From Patescibacteria group bacterium (lineage in GTDB: Bacteria > Patescibacteriota > Patescibacteriia > UBA10025 > JAHIVO01), in assembly GCA_028718605.1 (NCBI GenBank), contig JAQULM010000001.1:19244-83243 (forward strand): 64,000 nucleotides of DNA, written 5' to 3'. The translations under genes were made by a program, and so were the position numbers. Positions 27,466 to 37,431 of the stretch are shown in pieces (within the stretch, counting starts at the first letter, position 1; each line of letters begins with the position of its first letter). The notes beneath the pieces were generated by a model that saw only the letters and a program-made list of their open reading frames with translations, was not told the origin of the DNA and did no database searches.

Positions 27466-28536
27466 ATGCTAAATATAAACCCATTTACTAATCCAATCGG
27501 ACTCGACATCAGTGATTTTAAAATTCGTTTTATGCAATTTCGCGACCGTAGCCGTGGCAGACGAATTTTACAATCAGTTGGAGAAATTGCGGTCCCGCAG
27601 GGTTATATAGAATCAGGATTTATAAAAAATGAACAGGGTGTTATTTCAACGATTCAAGCGCTCTTTTTACAGCCATTATTTGGGAAACCCAATACGAAGT
27701 TTATTAATGCTTCTTTGCCAGAAAAAAGGATTTATATAAAAAAAATCATCATCCCAGATGTTCCTGAAAACGAGTTACGCGGTGCGGTTTCGTGGGGCAT
27801 AGAGCAATCGATTCCGGTAACCCTCGACGACGCGTATTTCGATTGGCAGGTGCTCAAACGATTTACGGTGAACAACGAGCGAAAGCTTCAGATACTTGTT
27901 TCAGTCGCCCCTCGTCTCTTAGTTGATTCATATACAGTGGTAATCAAGAAGGCGGGATTTGTCCCCGTTAATCTCGAGAATGAATCTCTCGCTATCAGCC
28001 GCGCACTTATTGATCCTGCTGCACAGCTCAAAGGTTCGCTTTTGATTATTGACCTCGGCAAAAGCCGTACGAACCTCATGGTATACGAACAAAATACAGT
28101 TACGTATACAACTTCATTTGAGATAAGCGGTAATGAAATGACGAAGACAATTGCTCACACCATGTCCTTGTCAACGGATGAAGCTGAAAAAGCAAAAATT
28201 ATCTGCGGTTTGGACGCTCGCAAGGCACGTGGTAAAATAAAACAACTGCTTGAAGAAATAATTAATCGCCTTGTATTCAACATTAATGAGCAATTGAATT
28301 ACTACAATAATTACATTGAAGGCGCTCACGCTATCCAAACAATACTGCTTACTGGCAGTGTAAGCGAAATGCATGGCCTTCCGCAATATTTACGGGAACA
28401 ACTGAAAATGACCGTATTGGTCGGTGATCCTTGGAGCCAGCTTGCCCAAAAACAAAAAAAGAATAAGCCGCACTACGAGGTCAATCCATTTTCATTTACA
28501 ACGGCAATAGGTCTCGCCTTAAAACGATTTGATTAA
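27466..28536 (+). CDS. pilM: Type IV pilus assembly protein PilM
   Basis: Actin-like motifs IGLDISD, IIDLGKSRT, LLTG and TAIGLAL; AYFDWQ. Confidence 0.92.
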   Translation: MLNINPFTNPIGLDISDFKIRFMQFRDRSRGRRILQSVGEIAVPQGYIESGFIKNEQGVISTIQALFLQPLFGKPNTKFINASLPEKRIYIKKIIIPDVPENELRGAVSWGIEQSIPVTLDDAYFDWQVLKRFTVNNERKLQILVSVAPRLLVDSYTVVIKKAGFVPVNLENESLAISRALIDPAAQLKGSLLIIDLGKSRTNLMVYEQNTVTYTTSFEISGNEMTKTIAHTMSLSTDEAEKAKIICGLDARKARGKIKQLLEEIINRLVFNINEQLNYYNNYIEGAHAIQTILLTGSVSEMHGLPQYLREQLKMTVLVGDPWSQLAQKQKKNKPHYEVNPFSFTTAIGLALKRFD

Positions 28537-28543
28537 TACTGCG

Positions 28544-29095
28544 ATGCTTTCGCTCAATTTACTAAGCCCTACCGAAAAAATAGACGTTTCTAAAATACGT
28601 TTATTTATCATATTAAAAAGTATAACATTTTCTATAGTAAGTATTCTTTTAATATGCGGCGTTGTCTTCGGTTTTTCTTATTATCTGTTATCCAATAATT
28701 CTTCTTCACTTTCAGCACAAATTGAAGCTGAACGCGTCTTTCAACAAGAAAAAAATATTTCATCAACCGAAGATGCAGTTAAAATTTTAAATAATTATCT
28801 TGCTACTGCCATTGTTATCCAACAGGAATATGTGCCATGGACACGTGTACTTTCTCAGTTTTCCGAAAGCATACCGGCTGATATTACGCTTACTTCGATC
28901 GACTTCAGCACAATAAACCAATCATGCACTATTTCCGGTATAGCACGAAATCGTACCGCTTTGCTTACTTTTCAAGACCAGTTAAACTCTGTACCATTTC
29001 TTACAAACGTAAATTCACCGTTGTCAAATTATACACAACCGGAGAATATTGCATTTGGAATAACCGCAACATTGAATGAAACTATCCATCAATAA
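28544..29095 (+). CDS. pilN: PilN-like protein
   Basis: LNLLS motif, TM, coiled coil, IPADITLTSI and ISGIARNR; ATG at 28544 preferred over TTG at 28529. Confidence 0.85.
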   Translation: MLSLNLLSPTEKIDVSKIRLFIILKSITFSIVSILLICGVVFGFSYYLLSNNSSSLSAQIEAERVFQQEKNISSTEDAVKILNNYLATAIVIQQEYVPWTRVLSQFSESIPADITLTSIDFSTINQSCTISGIARNRTALLTFQDQLNSVPFLTNVNSPLSNYTQPENIAFGITATLNETIHQ

Positions 29096-29606
29096 CTTTT
29101 CGCCTACCTATAAAGTATACGTCATGGCATCTACGCTTGGTGTAATTGTTATTGCTTCATGTATAGGCTTTTTTCAACTCTATTCCAAAATAACATCATT
29201 GAATTCGCAGATTTATGACCAGCGAGTAGAGCTGGCGATTTTCCAGGAACAACGCATCAATATTGAAAAAACAAAGCAAGATTACAACAAAATTGAAAAG
29301 GATATAAATAAAGTAACGAGCATGTTTATTGACCGGAAGAATATTTATCAGCTTATTGATACGCTTGAAACAATTGCGTCACGACATTCAATTATCCAGA
29401 GCATTAACTTACCAACAGAAGCGACACAAATTCAAACCAACCTACTTCCACTGCAAATCTCGGCACAAGGAACATGGCAAAACTTGCTATCATACCTAGC
29501 TGACCTCGAACACCAAGATCAATATTTTGTCATTACATCGATCAAATTTTCCGAAGTTACCGGGCAATTGACCTTTGTATTTACATCCAATTTATATCTT
29601 TTGTAA
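29076..29606 (+). CDS. pilO: PilO-like protein
   Basis: TM, coiled coil and GTWQNLLSYLADLE ferredoxin-like motif; follows pilN. Confidence 0.82.
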   Translation: MKLSINNFSPTYKVYVMASTLGVIVIASCIGFFQLYSKITSLNSQIYDQRVELAIFQEQRINIEKTKQDYNKIEKDINKVTSMFIDRKNIYQLIDTLETIASRHSIIQSINLPTEATQIQTNLLPLQISAQGTWQNLLSYLADLEHQDQYFVITSIKFSEVTGQLTFVFTSNLYLL

Positions 29607-29612
29607 AACTCG

Positions 29613-29900
29613 ATGCGTCTAAAAGAACTATCAAAACGATTGCCTACTTTGCTCAGGCGCCACTATAAAATTATTGTATATGCTTTTATCATATGCACCA
29701 TTGCGCTTCTGGGCTATTTCGGATATCAAAATATCTACCTTACTATCATAGAACCAAAACAAATTGCAAGTAATGAAATAATCGCAAAGCGACAGAAAGT
29801 AAATGTCCAGCTTTTTAACCAAATCACTGCTTCAATTGAAACTAAAAAAAACACGAATACAAATTCATTATCGACGTTAAACAATCCATTTGCTGAATAA
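29613..29900 (+). CDS. Small bitopic protein ending NPF (PilP-like position)
   Basis: One TM and C-terminal NNPF; last gene of the pil operon. Confidence 0.65.
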   Translation: MRLKELSKRLPTLLRRHYKIIVYAFIICTIALLGYFGYQNIYLTIIEPKQIASNEIIAKRQKVNVQLFNQITASIETKKNTNTNSLSTLNNPFAE

Positions 29901-29913
29901 GCCTTCGAATAAC

Positions 29914-29943
29914 TTGACAGGAATGTTACCCGTTGTATACACT
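29914..29943 (+). promoter_or_regulatory. rpmA promoter
   Basis: TTGACA-N18-TACACT. Confidence 0.55.
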
Positions 29944-29994
29944 ATCTACAAACGTCCGAAGATCACTCGTAACAATACATAAGAAAACACAATT

Positions 29995-30267
29995 ATGGCA
30001 CATGTAAAAGGAACCGGCACGACAAGCCTCGGGAGAGATAGTAAGGCCCAACGACTCGGCGTAAAGCTTTTCGGCGGGCAAGTCGCGAAAAAAGGCAGTA
30101 TCATAGTACGCCAACGCGGATCTGCAGTACGAGCCGGCAAAAATGTTCGGCAGGGCAAGGATCATACCCTATACGCTATACTTCCTGGGACAGTTACGTA
30201 CGCAAAAAAGAAAGTACGATTATTCAATGGGAAGCTAAAAAACGCAACGATAGTTAACGTTACCTAG
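29995..30267 (+). CDS. rpmA: 50S ribosomal protein L27
   Basis: [33 protein letters not shown]. Confidence 0.98.
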   Translation: MAHVKGTGTTSLGRDSKAQRLGVKLFGGQVAKKGSIIVRQRGSAVRAGKNVRQGKDHTLYAILPGTVTYAKKKVRLFNGKLKNATIVNVT

Positions 30268-30332
30268 GCGTATTCGCTGATTATACGTTCCCACTGCATT
30301 ACCGCCATCCACAAGGGTGTTCTTTTCCCTGG

Positions 30333-32042
30333 TTAGGCGTGTTTTATATCCCGCGCAGCGTGCCGGATAAATTCAGTAAACAGCGGATGGGGCTGCAATG
30401 GCTTTGATTTGTATTCGGGATGTCCCTGTGTTGCAATAAAAAATGGGTGCATAGACCGCGGAAGCTCGATCATTTCGACAAAGAAATCATCAGCTGATGT
30501 GCCGGAAATTATCATCCCTTTTTCCTCCAATGTTGTACGGTATGCATTATTAAACTCAAAACGGTGCCGATGCCGTTCTGAAATTTTTAGGCTGCCTTGG
30601 GCGATGATATTTTCTTTCTGTTTTCGTGTATCGCTTATCAGTTCGGCTTGATTGTATTTTTGGTAAATTGATGATGCAAGCGTTTTGTCTTTCAAGTAAC
30701 AATCGTATGCACCAAGGCGCATTGATGTGCCCTTGCCTTTAATTATCTGATACTTGCTGGTCATCGGAATATTATGAATAATCGGATTTTTGGTATCTGG
30801 GTCGATTTCTGTTGTGTTCGCGTCTTTTAATCCAACGACATTCCTCGCAAATTCAACACATGCCAGCTGCATACCATAACATAAACCAAGGTACGGTATT
30901 TTTTTCTCTCGTGCATATTGGATTGTCATAACTTTTCCTTCTGCACCCCTGCTCCCCCATCCGATGGGTACAACGATACCATGAGGTTTTCCAATGAGCT
31001 TTACGCCGTGTTTTTCGATTTCTTCAGTGCTTATTACCCTTAGTTTTAATTCTGCATTGTTGTGCCAGCTCGCGTGCTTTAAGGCTTCAATGAGTGCGTG
31101 GTATGTATCAGATAGGCTATATTCGCCCTCGCCACTAAAGTATTTGCCTGCGATAACAATCTCAACGGTCTTGGCCTTTTTTGATCGGATCCGACGCACC
31201 ATATTTTTCCAGGCACCGAGACGCTGGTGACGGTAATTGAGATGGAAAAATTTCAAAATGTTCCTATCAAAATTTTGTTTTGCGAATAAAAGGGGCTGCT
31301 CATAGATCGTATCAAGGTCACGAGCCATTATTACATTATCGCCCGATACATTGCATTTTAAACCAAGAATATACCGGCGCCGCTTATCCAACTCAGCCTC
31401 GCTACGAAGTACTAAGAACTCCGGCATTATTCCCATGCTCATAACGGTCTTGATTGATAGTTGGGTGGGCATCGTCTTCGGTTCACCAAGATGGTGTGGC
31501 ATCGGCACATAGCTGACATGGATATTTAAAACATTACCGGGCATCTTTGCCTTCATAATGCGACACGCCTCGTAATACAGCATATTCTGGTATTCCCCAG
31601 CGGTGCCACCAAGCTCGATTATAATGATATCGTTGCCTTCCCCTGCTTGCTTGATGCGGTTGATAATCTCATCAGACACATGGGGAATAGCTTCCACGTC
31701 CTCGCCATTATAACCAAACGATCGTTCACGATCGATTACCGTTTTATAAATTTGCCCCATTGTCGTAAAATTCTTGTGCCCCATTTCCTTATTCAAAAAA
31801 CGTTCATACGTTCCAAGATCCATATCAGCTTCAAGGCCGTCCTCGCATAAAAAAGGATCGCCGTGTTCAACAGGATTGATAGTCCCTGAATCGATATTCA
31901 GGTAGTTTTCGCATTTAATAACACCAACTTTATATCCACGGTTCAATAATAAATGAGCAATGGATGCGGCTACGACTCCTTTACCGAGGCCAGACAGTAC
32001 CCCGCCGGAGACAAAGATATATTTTGTATGGGTTGCGATCAT
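30333..32042 (-). CDS. pyrG: CTP synthase (divergent synthetase domain)
   Basis: GGVLSGLGKG, DLGTYERF, GLCYGMQ, MRLG, ERHRHRFEFN and QGHPE. Confidence 0.96.
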   Translation of the reverse strand: MIATHTKYIFVSGGVLSGLGKGVVAASIAHLLLNRGYKVGVIKCENYLNIDSGTINPVEHGDPFLCEDGLEADMDLGTYERFLNKEMGHKNFTTMGQIYKTVIDRERSFGYNGEDVEAIPHVSDEIINRIKQAGEGNDIIIIELGGTAGEYQNMLYYEACRIMKAKMPGNVLNIHVSYVPMPHHLGEPKTMPTQLSIKTVMSMGIMPEFLVLRSEAELDKRRRYILGLKCNVSGDNVIMARDLDTIYEQPLLFAKQNFDRNILKFFHLNYRHQRLGAWKNMVRRIRSKKAKTVEIVIAGKYFSGEGEYSLSDTYHALIEALKHASWHNNAELKLRVISTEEIEKHGVKLIGKPHGIVVPIGWGSRGAEGKVMTIQYAREKKIPYLGLCYGMQLACVEFARNVVGLKDANTTEIDPDTKNPIIHNIPMTSKYQIIKGKGTSMRLGAYDCYLKDKTLASSIYQKYNQAELISDTRKQKENIIAQGSLKISERHRHRFEFNNAYRTTLEEKGMIISGTSADDFFVEMIELPRSMHPFFIATQGHPEYKSKPLQPHPLFTEFIRHAARDIKHA

Positions 32043-32482
32043 TGTTTATTTATTTCCACGTTAAAATTAATTCTTTTGCCATTAATTAATAATGTCGCGG
32101 TATGGATGCCTATAGTTTTCAGCGGCCGCTCTATTACAACCATGGACGGATCTAATGCGATATTATGCTGTGATTTAATTTTTTCGGCAATTCCATCAGC
32201 GCTGATGCCATGAAATAGTGTGCCCTGTTCGCTCGCACCTTCAGTAAACACAAGATTTGATGCTTTAATCGCATCGGCAAGATCTTCAAAAGATTTACGC
32301 TGGCGTTTTGCAGTATTCCGGATGATGGCTTTTGAGCGTTCAGCTTCTGCTTTTGCACTGTTCGTTGCGATTACTGCGAGTTTTTTTGGTATTAAAAAAT
32401 TTCTTGCATATCCGTCGTTAACACGCTTAATATCACCGGATTGCGCGACATTTTTAACGTTTTGGATAAATATTACTTCCAT
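32039..32482 (-). CDS. rplI: 50S ribosomal protein L9
   Basis: MEVIF..V..GDIKRVNDGYARNFLIPKKLA, GTLFHGIS and PLKTIG. Confidence 0.96.
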   Translation of the reverse strand: MEVIFIQNVKNVAQSGDIKRVNDGYARNFLIPKKLAVIATNSAKAEAERSKAIIRNTAKRQRKSFEDLADAIKASNLVFTEGASEQGTLFHGISADGIAEKIKSQHNIALDPSMVVIERPLKTIGIHTATLLINGKRINFNVEINKQ

Positions 32483-32488
32483 GAAAAG

Positions 32489-32761
32489 TTATATTACAAT
32501 CGTAAAGTTTTTATAGCCTTCATCGCGTATTTCAAATTTCCGAATGACTGTCACGGATGATGAGCCCGGACTCGCACGCAACCACGTCTCAAAATTCTTT
32601 AAATCCAATTTCGTGCCTGCAATACGGATTTCAACGGTTCCATCAAGATTATTCTTCACCGTCCCGCGTAACCCAAGTGTTCGCGCTTTTTCTGACACCA
32701 TCTGCCTCATGCCCACTGCCTGGACTCTCCCGGCAATCAGCAAATTCCATTGGCTATGCAT
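32489..32761 (-). CDS. acyP: Acylphosphatase
   Basis: GRVQAVGMR and GTVKNNLDGTVE, with catalytic Arg and Asn. Confidence 0.9.
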   Translation of the reverse strand: MHSQWNLLIAGRVQAVGMRQMVSEKARTLGLRGTVKNNLDGTVEIRIAGTKLDLKNFETWLRASPGSSSVTVIRKFEIRDEGYKNFTIVI

Positions 32762-32770
32762 AGCACTCCC

Positions 32771-34030
32771 TCACAAATCAAGTAATTGCTGCATTGCAGC
32801 GTCGAGCTGAGGATCACGATCATTATTATAGTCTTCTTCGGTCAATTGCACAACTACATCAGGTGCGATTCCTTCATCCTGGATAGACCGCCCCAACGGC
32901 GTGAGCCAGCGCGCAATGGATAATTTTAACGACGAACCATCGGTGAATTGCTCATAATCTTGGACAGTGCCCTTACCGTACGTTTTTTCACCGATAATTA
33001 CAGCCCTTCCGTGATCTTGCAAGGCTCCAGCTACAATTTCTGCCGCAGACGCCGATCCGCCATCAACAAGCACGACGAGCTTCATCTCACGAAGGCGCGC
33101 ATTAGATTCAGAGCGATATTCATGTTGTGCATCAATCGTATCCTCGATAACAATAACCTCTTCCTCAAGAAACTCGCCTGCCACTTGTATCGCCGTATCC
33201 AGGTATCCTCCCGGATTATTCCGTAAATCAAGCACCATTCCTACCGGGTTCTTTACTATAACATCATTAATCATCGCCTGAAAATCATTGTATGTTTCAC
33301 TGGTAAAATGAACTATCGACACGTACGCAATCGGATTATTTACAGTGCCTTTTATCGACCACTGGACGCTTTCGACATTGACGACGTCTCTCGTTACATC
33401 GATTTCCTTCAACTCATTTGATCCAGATTGAATTACCGTCAAAATGACATGTGTCCCTTTCTCACCACGAATTAAACCGACGGCCTCATCAAGCGGAAGC
33501 TGGGCAGTTTCCGTGTCATCAATTTTCAATATTCTATCACCATCGCGCAAACCTGCTTTTGCTGCAGGTGTATCCGGTAGTACAGAAATGATTGTCAGCT
33601 GGTCTTTTTTAATACCCAATTCTGCGCCAATGCCCTCAAAAGTCCCGCTGAGCTCCTTCTCGAAACTTACGGTTTCTGCTGGGTCGAGAAATACTGAATA
33701 CGGATCATTGACGCTCGCGACCATCCCGCGAACTGCACCGTAAAATAATTGCTTCTCATCGAGAGGGCGATTAATGAAGCGAGTATTGAGAGATTGCCAA
33801 ACTTCCCAAAATAAATCAGTGTCAACCGATTTGTCAGTGATGAATGTACCGGCATTCGTTAAAATATCGCCTACTGAAAGGTTGTATTGCTTTTGGAGTG
33901 TTTTTACCGATCCATAGTAAAATCCAACTGAAAAGCTGATAATAACAAAAAATACCGCAATTGCGATTATTACCATTCTTCCGATGCCGCTCTTTTGTTC
34001 CGCCGGTTTTTTATTAAGCAAAAAGGCCAT
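32771..34030 (-). CDS. ctpA: S41A carboxyl-terminal processing protease (PDZ)
   Basis: DPYS, FEGIGAEL, DLRNNPGG, SASAAEI, YGKGTVQ and GIAPD. Confidence 0.95.
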   Translation of the reverse strand: MAFLLNKKPAEQKSGIGRMVIIAIAVFFVIISFSVGFYYGSVKTLQKQYNLSVGDILTNAGTFITDKSVDTDLFWEVWQSLNTRFINRPLDEKQLFYGAVRGMVASVNDPYSVFLDPAETVSFEKELSGTFEGIGAELGIKKDQLTIISVLPDTPAAKAGLRDGDRILKIDDTETAQLPLDEAVGLIRGEKGTHVILTVIQSGSNELKEIDVTRDVVNVESVQWSIKGTVNNPIAYVSIVHFTSETYNDFQAMINDVIVKNPVGMVLDLRNNPGGYLDTAIQVAGEFLEEEVIVIEDTIDAQHEYRSESNARLREMKLVVLVDGGSASAAEIVAGALQDHGRAVIIGEKTYGKGTVQDYEQFTDGSSLKLSIARWLTPLGRSIQDEGIAPDVVVQLTEEDYNNDRDPQLDAAMQQLLDL

Positions 34031-34032
34031 AT

Positions 34033-35289
34033 TTATTCAATTCTTTTGATGGAAGCGCCTAAATTCTGGAGGCGTTGCTCAATCCCTTCATAACCACGAT
34101 CGACAAGCTCAACACGCTCAATCGTACTTTCACCTTGGGCGATCAGGGCTGCAATAATTAGCGTTGCTCCAGCTCGTATATCAAAGGATGTGATTTTCGT
34201 TCCATACAGCGGCGTTGGGCCTGCGATGCTGATGACATGCGAATCAATTTTTGTTATCGTCGCACCCATTTTTTCTAACTCGCTGACGTATCCAAGGCGT
34301 CCTTCATACATCGTTTCAAATATTGTACTTGTACCGCTTGCTTGCGTCAACAAAACTGAAATAGGCGCCTGGAGGTCTGTCGGATATCCCGGATATGGGC
34401 GAGTTTCAATGCGAATTGGGTGAAAAATTGTCGTTGGTTTAACATGCAAGGTTGAACCATTTTCAATTTCATATGATACGTTCGCATGCCTGAACTGCTG
34501 CAAAACAGCATCCAAATGGTCGGGGATTATATTCTGAATTCTGACATCACCACGACTGACAGCGGCTGCTATTGCAAATGTTCCTGCTTCGATTCTATCA
34601 GGTATTACTGTATGATCAGCTCCCTTCAGTGCACGGACGCCTTCTATAGTAATGATATTCGTGCCTGCTCCGCGTATTCGAGCTCCCATTTTATTTAGTA
34701 AATTTGCCAGATCGAATATTTCCGGTTCCGCGGCGGCAAGATGAATTTCAGTCGTCCCTACTGCGCAGACTGCTGCCATCATGATATTTTCCGTTGCGGT
34801 TACGCTCATTTCGTCCAGAACGACGCGTGATCCATGAAGTCTATCCGCAGAAAAATAATAATAGTCCTTATCTTGCGTTACCCTGACTCCAAGCTGCGTA
34901 AATGCTTTGATATGGGTATCAATAGGGCGTGCACCAATTAAGCAGCCGCCAGGCTGTGGAATTTTTGTTTGGCGAAAACGCGCTAAAAGCGGTCCGATGA
35001 CGACCACCGAACCACGCATATGTTTTACGAGCTGATAGTCCGGTTCCGAAGACTTGATATCTCGGCATTCGATCCGTACAATATGATCTTTAAACTCAAT
35101 GTCAGCACCAAGTTTTTTAAGAATATGTACCATTGACCGAATATCCAGAATATCTGGCACATTCCGTATTACAACCACTTGATCGGTCAAAATCGAAGCT
35201 GCAATCATTTTTAGTGCAGCATTTTTTGCGCCATAAACGGCAACTTCTCCGTTCAGCGATTTGCCGCCTTGTATTACAAACTGAGCCAT
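34033..35289 (-). CDS. murA: UDP-GlcNAc 1-carboxyvinyltransferase
   Basis: GAKNAAL, PGGCLIGARP (Cys present), DRIEAGT, YPTDLQ and DRGYE. Confidence 0.98.
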   Translation of the reverse strand: MAQFVIQGGKSLNGEVAVYGAKNAALKMIAASILTDQVVVIRNVPDILDIRSMVHILKKLGADIEFKDHIVRIECRDIKSSEPDYQLVKHMRGSVVVIGPLLARFRQTKIPQPGGCLIGARPIDTHIKAFTQLGVRVTQDKDYYYFSADRLHGSRVVLDEMSVTATENIMMAAVCAVGTTEIHLAAAEPEIFDLANLLNKMGARIRGAGTNIITIEGVRALKGADHTVIPDRIEAGTFAIAAAVSRGDVRIQNIIPDHLDAVLQQFRHANVSYEIENGSTLHVKPTTIFHPIRIETRPYPGYPTDLQAPISVLLTQASGTSTIFETMYEGRLGYVSELEKMGATITKIDSHVISIAGPTPLYGTKITSFDIRAGATLIIAALIAQGESTIERVELVDRGYEGIEQRLQNLGASIKRIE

Positions 35290-35370
35290 GCGGTATGTTT
35301 TCCTTTCATGTTAGTATTATACCTGAACAAAAAAAAGTGTACAGGAAGGAGGCATTGATATTCATAAAGG

Positions 35371-35399
35371 TAGACAATTTCTCAAATTTTGGCTATACT
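35371..35399 (+). promoter_or_regulatory. Promoter of the PEGA gene (very short leader)
   Basis: TAGACA-N17-TATACT, 9 bp before ATG 35409. Confidence 0.55.
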
Positions 35400-35408
35400 C
35401 CATCCATT

Positions 35409-36698
35409 ATGACGATGGTACGCCGAAGAGTTATATTGCTAACGTTTGTAGTTGCATATTGTATTATTGCACCGTTGCTGATTTTTTATGCAATTGGTTG
35501 GCGTTATAATTTTCATAACAACCACATTGAACATGTCGGTGCAATTCTGATCGAAACTAACCCACGTGGTGCCACAGTATACCTCAATGGCCAACAGCGT
35601 GCGGCACAGACACCCGCTACGATCAAGAACCTATTATCCGATAAATATTCAGTTAAACTCAGCAAGCAAGGCTACTATTCATGGATGACCACAATTTCAG
35701 TAACTTCAAGCGAAACAAGCAGAATAACAAATGTTTCACTATTACCCGAGCCCCATACTGATCAGGCCATTGCGGCCCCTGCTGGAATAAACCCCTTTAT
35801 GATATCCCCTGATATGAGCATGTTTGCACTTATGGTGGATAATTCAATCGAAATATTCTCAACGAATGTAATGCAAAGGGTTTCACATAATCAGACGCAA
35901 AGTAAAATTCGTAGCATATCGTGGTCGAGGAATTCAGCCTCTATTCTTGCCGAGCTTGAGTCTGGAATATTCATTGTTATCGACGCAAATACAGGATTGA
36001 TCACCTCTCAGCTTGAATTGCCAGCAAATGAACCAGTAAAGCACGCTGAATGGAGTAACAGCGAAAATGAAATAATTTTTGCTTCCTCGGAAACAGCCAC
36101 GTATAGAATTAACCTATTCCAAAAAACAACTACGAAACGCTTCGACGCCGATCAAATAATATACGCGACCGATCTATACGCATTTCAGCAATCTGACAAC
36201 CGTATTAATATTCTCAACAGTACGGGTTTGCTTGCCACGAATACATCGTTCCCCTTTTGTACCGACCTTCAGGTAATTGATTATTCAAGTACCGTTTCAC
36301 TCATCTTTTGTCCGAGTAATTCGAAACTTTATATTTTCAATTCCGCTGAAAAAACACTTGAGCAATTTGAAACAGAAGTCCGTGGAATTGATATACAAGC
36401 CGGGGAAGATGATGCGATATATTTCAATAAACATGAGATTTTTAAATGGAACATCCAGACAAATAAGAAAGAATTGCTTTTGAGGACATCATACGAAATT
36501 ACATCTGCAAATTCGTTTTTAGACAAAAAATACGTTCTGTTTGTCCAGAATGGTATCATTCGAGCGATTCAGGCAGAGGGACCCGAGCGAAACAGCTATG
36601 ACCTGCCATATAGTAACACTCTACAGGTTTTTGCAAATTCTAGCGCTTCAAACGTTTTAGTGCGAGAAGCCGAACAAATTTATACATTGCAATTCTAG
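35409..36698 (+). CDS. PEGA-domain protein with C-terminal beta-propeller-like region
   Basis: TM then YAIGWRY, GAILIETNPRGATVYLNG..TP..YSVKLSKQGYYSW; WS/SPD repeats. Start reassigned to 35409 because the track start overlaps murA. Confidence 0.85.
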   Translation: MTMVRRRVILLTFVVAYCIIAPLLIFYAIGWRYNFHNNHIEHVGAILIETNPRGATVYLNGQQRAAQTPATIKNLLSDKYSVKLSKQGYYSWMTTISVTSSETSRITNVSLLPEPHTDQAIAAPAGINPFMISPDMSMFALMVDNSIEIFSTNVMQRVSHNQTQSKIRSISWSRNSASILAELESGIFIVIDANTGLITSQLELPANEPVKHAEWSNSENEIIFASSETATYRINLFQKTTTKRFDADQIIYATDLYAFQQSDNRINILNSTGLLATNTSFPFCTDLQVIDYSSTVSLIFCPSNSKLYIFNSAEKTLEQFETEVRGIDIQAGEDDAIYFNKHEIFKWNIQTNKKELLLRTSYEITSANSFLDKKYVLFVQNGIIRAIQAEGPERNSYDLPYSNTLQVFANSSASNVLVREAEQIYTLQF

Positions 36699-37408
36699 CC
36701 CTTTTTCTGGCCCGCGATAAACTTCCCGGCCGCAAGGAGTGAATCAAAGGTACCTGCGTCAAACCATTGGCCATCGATAACGCGCACATCGAGTTCTCCC
36801 AGTGCAAGATATCTTTTATGGAGTTCGGTAATTTCAATCTCTCCACGTGCCGATGGTTTCACTTCTTTTGCGAATTGGCACACCCGATTATCGAAAATAT
36901 ATAATCCCGGGATAGCATAATCACTAATCCACTTTTTTGGTTTTTCTACGATTTGTAAAACATGGTTTTGCTCGTCAAACTGGACGACACCCAAACGCTC
37001 CGGATCTGGCACTTTTTTAGCAAATATTCTTCCGCCACTTTTAAATGATCTGATTGCTTCCGTAAAATTGTCTTCAAAAATATTATCACCAAGAATTAAT
37101 GTGGCATTACTATTATCAAGGAAATCTTCCCCCACGATAAAAGCATCAGCAAGGCCACGCGGTGATTCCTGGATTTCGTATGTGAATTTTGCACCAAATT
37201 GTTTTCCGGAGCCCAGAAGGTGCAAAAAATGTCCTGCATATTCTGGCGCGACAATTATAAGTACTTCTTTAATACCCGCATTCAGCAGTGTCATGAGTGG
37301 ATAAAAAATCATCGGCTTGTCATAAACGGGTAGCAATTGTTTACTTGTAACTATGGTCAATGGCCGCAATCGCGTCGCTTTGCCACCGGCGAGAATGATA
37401 CCTTTCAT
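36695..37408 (-). CDS. rmlA: Glucose-1-phosphate thymidylyltransferase (short form)
   Basis: GIILAGGKATRLRPLT..SKQLLPVYDKPMI, LGDN, EKP, RGEIEIT and WFDAGT. Confidence 0.93.
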   Translation of the reverse strand: MKGIILAGGKATRLRPLTIVTSKQLLPVYDKPMIFYPLMTLLNAGIKEVLIIVAPEYAGHFLHLLGSGKQFGAKFTYEIQESPRGLADAFIVGEDFLDNSNATLILGDNIFEDNFTEAIRSFKSGGRIFAKKVPDPERLGVVQFDEQNHVLQIVEKPKKWISDYAIPGLYIFDNRVCQFAKEVKPSARGEIEITELHKRYLALGELDVRVIDGQWFDAGTFDSLLAAGKFIAGQKKG

Positions 37409-37431
37409 AGTTGATCCAAGTCAATTGATTA

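Noticed and set aside
30268-30332. rpmA-pyrG convergent gap as a structured RNA or gene remnant
   Set aside because: Only a weak hairpin and no convincing frame
35133-35408. N-terminal 92-aa extension of the PEGA ORF in the track
   Set aside because: It overlaps murA on the opposite strand; a promoter and TM start support ATG 35409
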